The translations under genes and the position numbers were made by a program. Below the pieces are notes generated by a model that made no database searches, was not told where the DNA came from, and was given only the letters and a program-made list of their open reading frames with translations. DNA of 64,000 nucleotides from Diadema antillarum (lineage: Eukaryota). The stretch lies in assembly GCF_040938485.1 (NCBI RefSeq), contig NW_027272215.1, positions 496,001-560,000 of the forward strand, in the 5' to 3' direction. The first letter of the stretch is position 1. Each line of letters starts with the position of its first letter. Positions 39,206-48,316 of this stretch are shown one piece after another.

Positions 39206-39381
39206 GTCATCTAGGACGGGATAGGACAAAGGCGATGATCAGAAAGCGCTTCTACTGGCCATGTCTCTCTAAGGATGTTGCAGACTACGTGAAGGGCTGC
39301 ATCTCATGCCAGAAGACAGCTCCTTCTCTCAAGAAGGTGCAACCTCTGCATCCCATTCCAGTGACCGGTGTATGGGATCAG
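39206..39381 (+). pseudogene. Second copy of the integrase H2C2 exon
   Basis: Near-identical to 34514-34689, including ~60 bp of upstream intron. Confidence 0.88.
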
Positions 39382-39404
39382 GTAATCACATCTACTCAAG
39401 AAAT

Positions 39405-40232
39405 ATCATTTGTGTGCATCAAGAAAGGATTCATCAAAGCAGGTCTGGACCCAGATGATCCTACAGTAACGGTTCACGCTACAATATTAAAAGGATGGGG
39501 CTAATGGAATAGGAGAAGTGGTGGTTCACAAATCAAGAGCAGACACCTTTTTGCCTGACAAGGCATTTAGAGTCTCTTTTGTCGTCCCCAAGTGCGAGGT
39601 AAAGCTATGCAATGATAAAACAGTACTTGCATTTGAGGAAGACAAACCACACTCAGTAATGGTAAACAGATGGCTGTTGGAGGCTCTCGGTGACGAGAAA
39701 TCTCCATCGACTACCACAATTCTTTTGCGTCAGATGGAGTCTAAGAGGAAATTACATATCCACCACAGAATGAAAGTGGATGCTGGCATGAACACAGGAA
39801 TTCATCATATCACTGTGTACACCACCATAATAGAAGAGAAGATCGACAGATCACAGGGGCCGGGGCAAAAAATCTTGAGGAGCTTGATGGCAGCATCAAG
39901 GAAGGATTTCTGAAAGCAGGTCTGGACCCAGATGATCCCACCAGAACGGTTCACACCACAATAAAGGATGGCACTGGTGGAATGGAAGAGGTATCCATCC
40001 ACAAATTTCCCTGACTTATCTGTCATACAGATGAAAGGTTATGTGGAAACACAAAACCTACAAAAGGCAGAGGATTGAACTCTCTCACAACAATGACAAC
40101 ATCAACATTGTGCTATGGAATGATGCAGCCACACAATCACAGAAAGCAGCAATGGAATCATCCGTCAAAATCACATACTTGGTAAAAAAGGACAAGCAAA
40201 TCATCACAACATCATCGAGTGTTGTTGAAGTA
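39405..40232 (+). pseudogene. Tandem (~470 bp) putative OB-fold modules ending in an RPA1-like OB motif
   Basis: gcaggtctggacccagatgatcc occurs at ~39438 and ~39916. YKRQRIELSHNNDNINIVLWNDAA...VKITYL resembles the KR.I.L.D..G.I..TLW OB signature. Confidence 0.45.
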
Positions 40233-40995
40233 TGTGCTAAACAAGATCTATTTAACAGATTTTTGAACACTGAGATAAGTATTGGTAAACACATTTTCAT
40301 CTTCTTCAGAACCAGAAGGGCGGATTTCAGACAATCAAACTTGGTGAGGATCATTCCTAGTGGTTAGGGTTGTTGTAAGTTGTAAGTAAGTGTAGGACAA
40401 GTGCATTGGTATGAGATTTAGCATTCCAGGAGTAAGAATTTGATTAAGGTAATCAATAATTGTTTCAGGCAGGACTAGTATTCAATGCTAGCAATTTTGT
40501 TGGGGGGGGGGGGGGCATTTTCTGGCAAAGATATGGCAATGTATCGAGTCCCTGTGCTGCCACGTCACTTTCATAATACTGGGTCATGGGTGGCGATAAA
40601 CTTTTGATTTGTCTTTGTGATAATTGTGGAGGAGCAGAAAGTTACCAAAATGTGCCGCCAATGTCCTGTACATTTTGGTAAGTTTACCAAAATGTGCTGT
40701 AACAGTCTCACCTTTCATCATGATCACTCTGTTTTGGATATCTCTCCTGCTTCAAAACCAATATCTATCAATAAACATTAAATACCTCTTAGAATGGTAT
40801 CATGCTCTGTACAATTTCATATCAAGTGGTCTCCCATTATCTCACCAAAAGATGTTAGAATGCATTCAGGAAACAAATGGCTCTTTTATTTTGTACAATA
40901 AAAACAATAAGTTACATATTAAAATCTTAAACAACTAGTCCAAACAATTTTTATAATTTGATATGTAGTAATACATGTAAATCAGTAATGCTGTC

Positions 40996-41188
40996 ATAAT
41001 GTGTAGACTAAAGAAATTGATTATACATTTATTTTCTTGATAAGATAAACTAATCCTTTGAAAAAAATTATTGAATGAGATTGATAATAAAGCAAAATCT
41101 CATATTCTCCTGATATAGCAGTAAGCCTTACTTAAAAGTTAAATGCCAAACACTTTCTTAGCGACTGAATGTAAAATTTATCTGTACG
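40996..41188. repeat. ~190-bp direct repeat, copy 1 (copy 2 at 42369-42557)
   Basis: ataatgtgtagac...aaaatctcatattctcctgatatagcagtaagcc...aaaatttatctgtacg is present twice. Confidence 0.92.
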
Positions 41189-41769
41189 CTCTTTTTTCTT
41201 TGCTACTCTGTAAGCATGCAAGAATTATTATCTTAGAATACTACTAGAATTTTGTCATGATCCTAGTTCATAATGGTTAAAAAATGTTCAAAAAAGGTCC
41301 TTTTCACATTTTAATAGTCTACATCAGCTCCCATGACTATGAAGACTGGTGTCATTATTGGCCTGAATGATGACAAAGGGTAAGCAGATAACTCTTTACA
41401 GCCGTAGATCATTTCCCAATAGCAACAAAATATCAATTCACACCAGGCTTACTTGCAAAAGCATTGGAATACAATATCTGTCAATTGCTTTTAAAAAGTG
41501 GCTGGAGAAGAGGAAACAACATATTACAACTGATATGCTACTATATTCTTTTTTTTTTCCAGGGTCATAGAGCGAGCATGATAAGGATTCCTACCAAAAA
41601 CAACACAAACATCTGACAGTCAAATAATTTTGTGATTGGGTCTTGATTGGGGACTACTTCCTCACATTTCTTCAATCATCAAGAGAAGCCATCAAACAGG
41701 TAAAAAAGAAGGCGTCTTCATACACCGAATCCACAAGTCCACAGATTCACTAGAGGCAGGCTGAGCTAC

Positions 41770-41975
41770 CTGAGATAAACATACACTTGTCCCCAACCTT
41801 CCAAGTGTCAGTTGAACAAGTTCATTGTCTTCCTCCAAAAAACCCTTGTATCTGACCTCCGCCACCTGCTGACCATCGCTGTCGACTTGGATCTGGCAGA
41901 TGACCGCCCTGTAGTAGTAGGAGTCACCAGAATAAGGAGCCATACACTTGTCCCCAACCTTCCATATGTCTGCCA
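41770..41975 (-). pseudogene. Tudor domain (SMN/TDRD-like) plus the start of a second tandem Tudor
   Basis: WKVGDKCMAPYSGDSYYYRAVICQI...AEVRYKGFLEEDNELV. The sequence tggaaggttggggacaagtgtatg is duplicated at ~41781 and ~41941. Confidence 0.85.
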
Positions 41976-41989
41976 TATTGAGTTGTAGG

Positions 41990-42280
41990 GATTCGTACAC
42001 TCTCTGGGCAATGACCGCAGACATTGCTTGAGCAACTTTCGGAACTCTTTGGGCTCACGTCCCCATTGTTCACATATTGCAGATAGAAGTATCCGATTTG
42101 AGGAACATACGGTATGACGTCTCACGCATGTACTGCTCCACCTATGCCTGGCTGGCACCAAAGAGGTTGCTGTTGACAGAGTTTGTCCTGCTAGAGACTG
42201 CGACAATCCCTTCCACTACACCTTTTGGGTGTTCTGATGCCTTATACAATTATCTTCCTTGATGTAAACACTCATCACAA
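41990..42280 (-). pseudogene. Axin-like RGS-domain C-terminal fragment
   Basis: With frameshifts and stops: YIKEDNCIRHQ...NSNLFGASQA*VEQYMRETSYRMFLKSD-FYLQYVNNGDVSPKSSESCSS..GH(L)PRVYE, versus Axin [30 protein letters not shown]...SPK...GYLPTLNE. Confidence 0.65.
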
Positions 42281-42368
42281 CAATCCGACTCTGTGATTTT
42301 TACTTGTTGCTTTTTGCAGACTGGACACGCTTTCCATTAAGCTGATAACTGTTGAAGGCCTTGCTATT

Positions 42369-42557
42369 ATAATGTGTAGACAAAGGAAATTGATTATACA
42401 TTTAATTTCTTGATCAGATAAACTAATTCTTTGAAAACAAGATTTATTGAATGAGATTGATAATACAGCAAAATCTCATATTCTCCTGATATAGCAGTAA
42501 GCCTTACTTCAATGCCAAACACTTTCTTAGCGACTCAATGTAAAATTTATCTGTACG
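42369..42557. repeat. ~190-bp direct repeat, copy 2
   Basis: See 40996-41188. Confidence 0.92.
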
Positions 42558-43062
42558 AGTGGGTTCTAAGCAACGAGGAATAAAAACCAAAGGCCCTTTT
42601 AAGGGCCACACAAATCCTAGAAAGAATATGTGCCCAGCAGCCTGCACACACCCTTGAATTATCAATAATTTAGTACTCTGAAAAAAATACAAAAATATAC
42701 AGTACAGATGTTTCACATATTAAATGCAATGTGTACGGGAGGCCAAGCATATTCGAGGTGGTTTAGATTTCTATATTAAAGTGAGCTAGCGTATAGTCCT
42801 TTGATCATTAGCCACTGCATCACAATTAATGAAATTACATGTGATACGTTTCTGCCTTATTCTAATTTTATTTATGCATACTCCTCAGTCTTTTAAGTCA
42901 AAATTTCATTGGAAACGATGAATTGTGCAATCTTTAATCTAGAGGTTCTGTGAAGTTTACAATGAAATACTTGAAATCAATTCGCTTCGTTTTATGATGC
43001 TATTGATTACAGGATATCTGGTATGTGGATAAGAATAAACCCAAGGACCTCATGGTTCCCCT

Positions 43063-43282
43063 TTGTATACTGGAGGGGTGCCAATTATTGGGGACATGAA
43101 AAAGAAGGAAACCTTCAGGAAGGGGAAAACGAAGGAAGCCCTCCTCTTCGCATTGCTGGAGAGCGCCTTTGGCATGGAGACGTTGGCCGACGGTAAGTCG
43201 TGTGGGACGAGAACGGCCATCAACAAGGTGGGAGATAAGTCCCATCATGCTCTCAACCCTGAAAAACTCAATGAAATAAAAG
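43063..43282 (+). pseudogene. BEN-domain exon
   Basis: LLFALLESAFGMETLADGKSCG...HALNPEKLNEIK|gtgag fits the BEN pattern LL..LF..E.LA....G....LDP.KL..IK. Confidence 0.65.
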
Positions 43283-43974
43283 GTGAGAATAATTTTTCTT
43301 TTTCCATTGAAAGGTTGCAAGCTGGCATAAAAGGTTGCGGCAGCTCATTTAAATATTTGGAATGCTGCAGCTTGCCCCAAGCTTGCAGCAAGCTAATCAG
43401 CAAGCTTACGGCAAGCTTGCAAGGCATACTTTTCAGATTTGAATAAGGGCAGAGTCCCAAAGCCACATGCAAAGAGACTTGTGGCAAAAAAGGCAGCCCA
43501 AGTGAATGTGAGGGAGGACTTCCCCTGCAACATCTACCCCAGCAACACCGGGTCATTCCTACTTTCCTGATGTGTCATTCACATCACTTTCTTCAATGCC
43601 GTACTCGCCTCTACCATCGCTGTCATCTTTACCTGCCTCGCCTTTGCCATCGTGTCCTACGTCTTCTTTGCTGTCGTTGTCTTCCTCGCCATCGCTGGCG
43701 CCTCCATCACTGGATCTTCAGCCAGCAAGATAATGGGGATGCGCAGAATGATGGAAGATTACCTCGGATCACCACCACCTAACCCACCTGCACCAACGAA
43801 TCCTCCAACCACAACAACGCCAACTCCAACCACAACACCGCTGTAACCAGGACAACGTCACCTTCACCAATGCCACCTGCACTAACGCCTGCTCCAACCA
43901 CGACCATACCAGCTCATGCACCTCCATCAATGCCACCCGCATCATTCATCACTCCACCAGCAGCTGCGGCAGAT

Positions 43975-44226
43975 AGAAAAATGCAGTTCCTGCCGTCATG
44001 CAGCTGTTCGGTGATGAACTTTGCGGCACGGTTGGCAAAGCGCCTGATCACAATGGAGGAACTCCGGGAAGGAAACTGTGCTGGAGTTTGAGGCAAGACA
44101 GCTCTGGACAGGGATCGACTGGCCTTCATTTTAAAGCATGTCCAAGCAGTATGTGGGGTCCACAAAGGTGAACTTCACACCATACGGTGATGTCGCATCG
44201 CAATAGATATGTATGCTTGGAAACAG
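43975..44226 (+). pseudogene. Second BEN domain (two in-frame stops), preceded by a Pro/Ser/Thr-rich linker
   Basis: SVMNFAARLAKRLITMEELREGNCAGV*GKTALDRDRLAFILKHV...*CRIAIDMYAWKQ|gtaat. Confidence 0.7.
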
Positions 44227-44363
44227 GTAATTTGACTACCTGACTCGATCATCCAACTACTCTGCCTTCACCGACGCCCTGCTCCACCTCGATCGCCAAC
44301 CATGCCAACGCCTTCTTCACCGACTGCACCATCGACCACTCCCACCACTGAAGTTCTTCCGAC

Positions 44364-44913
44364 ATGGATATGGGGGAAATAGCAACATTTTTAGCACTTG
44401 ATCTTGACCTTTTGACCTTTTACCTCTTGCTAATGTCACTAAAATCTACTCAACTAATTGCCCCATCATACATCATCCTTGGACCAAATTTGGAGAAAGA
44501 TGTTTCATCCAGTTTTGAGTTATTACGTAAACAGTTGAATTTTAGGATTTGACCTTGCTCTTTGACCTTTGACCTCAGTCCAATTTCACTCAAAAACAAA
44601 TCAAGTAATTGTCCCATCATACATCATCCTCGGAGAAAGTTTGGTGAAATTTGCTCGGTCCAGTCTCGAGTTATCGCGTAAACAAACACATTTTCATGAT
44701 TTGACCTTGACCTTTGACCTTTGGCCGATTTCACCCAAAATCTCATCAATTGCCCCGTCATACTTTATAGTTGGACCAAGTTTGGTAAAATTCCAGTCAA
44801 CATTACTCAAGTTATGGCGTGAACGGATGGACGGACGTACGGACGTATGGACGGACAGACAACCTGAAAATATAATGCCTCCGGCACCACTTCGTGGCGG
44901 AGGCATAAAAAAA
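44364..44913. mobile_element. Non-autonomous Helentron-associated (HINE/DINE-like) element
   Basis: Repeated tgacctttgacct motifs, a (GACG)n/ggac microsatellite, and a terminal hairpin gcctccg...cggaggc followed by an A-run. Confidence 0.65.
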
Positions 44914-45194
44914 GAAAAGCATCAGTTCTGCGGCGAGGAGGAGGAAATTGAAGTCATCGATGGCTACGAAGAGGATCACCACATCTACTCTGAAGATCTG
45001 TACGAGTGGATTCTAGCCAATGAGGAGTAAAAACCAAAGGCTCTTTTTTAAGGGCCACACAATCAAGAGGAACACGACATGGACCTTTACCCAGAATGTG
45101 GACTAGCATTCACAAGAATCACACGCATGCGATTTACAAGAATCGCATGCATTTTCAGAACAGTGACTTTTTCTGTGTACATCCCGATGCGTTG

Positions 45195-45590
45195 AGACTT
45201 GTCTATACGCAGATAAGTTTGAGGTAGCTAACCCTATGGGTAGAAAGCAAGGCCAACAAAAGATGTTGGCATTATTGTAGTTTATAATGAATAATGTAGA
45301 GGATAGGTGGAACTCTACTCTGAAAAACATACATCTAGCATTGCTCATGAAATACAAGTTTGCTCAAAGATATACCTACAAAGCTATTTTACAACCTTAG
45401 TCAGAGACCATAAGAACTTAGAGACTGAAGGTGTAACAATAATGGTTGACGGTATAAACCATCATCATGTGGGTACTGTCGTAGCCTTGTGTGGAGACAA
45501 CCTATCCAGTCATTCTTTTGGTGGATTTTCAACCAATTCATCATCTGGAAGAATGTGTCCTCACTGCATTTTGACAGACACATTATGGTC
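45195..45590 (+). pseudogene. CMC/EnSpm-like transposase remnant
   Basis: (D)KFEVANPMG.K...K...; WNSTLKNIHLALL..Y....Y.YKAILQP-LVRD.KNLETEGV...GTVVALCGDNLSSHSFGGFS......MCPHC. Confidence 0.75.
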
Positions 45591-46468
45591 TAAAACATTA
45601 ATTTGTAGAAAATGAATTTACTTTATAATGATTTCATATTTATTTGATTGCCACAAGACCAGAAAGTCTGCTATCTAGAGATCCATTGCTCACGTATGCA
45701 GTACACACAAAGCAATTACTGGACTTCATCGAAACATCATCCAGCATCCATGCCCCCCTCCCCTCCACCCCCAGTGCCAGGGCATATGGGTGTTTCCATT
45801 TATTTGGGGGCCAGTTGTCAATTCATGGGTATGCAGTTTGTAATGGCCCTTTTCCCCTTCTGAACAATTACACACATTTTTAAAATATTTATATCTTTAT
45901 TAAATACATATGAAGGTATTCCACCCCAAAATTGGAATTAATATAAATCTCGGGATTTTTATTTTTGGCGCCAAATAATCTGTGGTGTCCCATGTTTTTT
46001 TTAGGCTTTTTTGTGACATATAGATAATGTCCTTTGTTTTAAGTGCTGTAAAATATTCATATGATATTTGAATTTAATTGTTTTGCTTATAATGTGAAAA
46101 AATCACGAATAAACATATATCCTAAGAAGTTGCCTATTTTGCAACCCATCGTTATTGTGCAATCAATGAATCAACGTTGGGGTCGCTACGTAAATTTTCG
46201 TGTCCCAAACATTACGTAGGGATTCCCATTTTCCCACGGTCTGTAAATTTTTAAAATAACGATAGCAAGCGGCAAATCAGTTGTTCTTCACGTAGATAAA
46301 CATAAATTAACTAATGGGTATATTTAGCAAAAACATCCAGCACCGTATGTCGAAAATATTACAACTTTATCGAAAAATACGAACATTCGTGTCCCAACGA
46401 TTTATTTACGTCGTAAGAATTCGCTTGAGAATGGAGTAGTCCATCGGTCATTTTTATGAATGAACGAC

Positions 46469-46531
46469 CACGTGATTCAACGCCCCGGAAGTGCTTCTTA
46501 CAACGTACTTCTTGACAACGGTCGCCATTTT
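46469..46531. promoter_or_regulatory. Promoter-like motif cluster (E-box, ETS, YY1)
   Basis: CACGTG at 46469, CCGGAAGT at 46485 and CGCCATTTT at 46523, within a CpG-rich patch. Confidence 0.3.
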
Positions 46532-47219
46532 CTTCCTATCGACGGAGAACGAAAACAGTTTTCGTGTCCCATCATTTACGATGCCCCTGTGGAACCTTTT
46601 TACGGTTGGGATTTGCCTTTAAGCAAGAAATTCGTGAGTAATTTCGTTCTTCCTTTAACTTATGTATCGTATTTTTGTATTTATTGATGCTCTTAATTTG
46701 TTAAAAAGTGCCAAAATACGTCGCAAGCGCGTGTTCGTCTGAGAAGCTTCCAAAGGGGCATTGTCGTTGTTGAACAACGTAAATATGGACACGAAAATTT
46801 CCGTTTCCCGATTTACGCTGTCATCTTGTAGCCGCCCACTGTTTATCTTAATTGTGCTATTAATTAATGAATGATAAGTTTATGTGTAAGCGGTTAATTT
46901 TAATAGTTATATGAAGCGATTTGATGAAAATTGCGACGAATTGAAAGGCGTATTGAAAGGCAAATTGAAAGTTGTAAACCCATCGTAAATTGTGCAAAAG
47001 AAAACCAATTAAATCGTGTCCCGATTTACGTTGTGTATAATTTTGTCAATTGTAGCTTCTGGTTACATTTATGATTTATTATTCTGCATGTTCAGATATC
47101 TAGATCTAGACTATATACTTTGAGATACTACCAGTCGCATTTAATAAAGGATTTGTGATTAAAATCTCAACAAATTACCGTACATGTGGGACTGGGAGAA
47201 CTCTGCACCTGTGCCTGTG

Positions 47220-47760
47220 GTAAACTCGGCCCCCGACAACAACTGGCTCAATAAAACCGGGTTTTTCGTGCTATTTCAATAATAATTCATACATCAACAA
47301 CTTACTGAAAGCAATTGTAAGCTGTTGATGTATGAACTACAGGGGTGATATTCCTCAGATTTAAATCGGAATTCCGATTTTTAGTTTTTTTATTTTTTTA
47401 TTTTTTATTTTTTTTTTTTTTTGGTACAAGTTATTAACAAGATCTAGATCTATATGATTTCTTGTTTAAATCATAACATGTTTGTCCTGATACAGTAAAT
47501 CTTAAGCCCAAATTTCCCCTCCAGGTATGCACAAAATTGCACAATTTAAAGTCCCAAAATGCAAAAAGTCCTTACCGTACGAGGGGGACACCCCCTCCCA
47601 CACCCTCCCCCCTCCTCGGTCGCTCCGCTCCCTCGCGGAAGTAGACTTAGACCCTGTCTATTTTTTTTTTCAAGAGTGAATATCACCCCTGGAATTACTA
47701 TTGCAATACCAAGAAAAACCTGATTTTATTTAGCCAGTTGTTGTCGGGGGCCGATTTTAC
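47220..47760. mobile_element. Palindromic foldback element with a nested MITE
   Basis: gtaaactcggcccccgacaacaactggct...aataattc (47220-47288) mirrors gaattacta...agccagttgttgtcgggggccgattttac (47692-47760). Confidence 0.8.
47340..47691. mobile_element. Nested MITE
   Basis: TIRs caggggtgatattc / gaatatcacccctg. Flanks gaacta / gaatta (5 of 6 identical). Confidence 0.8.
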
Positions 47761-48316
47761 GTGTGTATGCGGTGTATGTTAACGTGTGCAGGGCCAAAAT
47801 ATGCACGAAAAATTCCCTCTGTAAACGGGACACCAAAAGTCTTGACGTCCCATTTACACGTGGAACAAAAACCAATTTCAATGGAATATAGGTTTCCTGT
47901 GATAAAATTTAATTTGCATGTCTACACATACTTAATGAAGATTGTCAATAGCACAAAATTACTGAATTTGAAAATGCTAACAGCTCCACAACATGTACTA
48001 AAAGTTCCCCGTGTAAACGGGACACCAAGGTCTTGGCGTCCCATTTACATGTGGAACAAACACCCAATATACTTAAGTATAGGTCTATCGTATAGCATCT
48101 GTCTACGGATGAGGGGAGCTGACCGACGAAAGTCAATATATAAATGAGAAGCCCCCGAATTAGAGACAGATCTTATCGGTCTAATGATTATTAAGCTGTC
48201 CAGGAATGGTTCACATATTACTGCAGGCCTATGGTCCATTTTTGTCACAAAGTTTTCACATATTAATGTCAACCAATGTACTTTGCTGTTGTAGGTTTTG
48301 CTTGCGGTGCTCCAAA

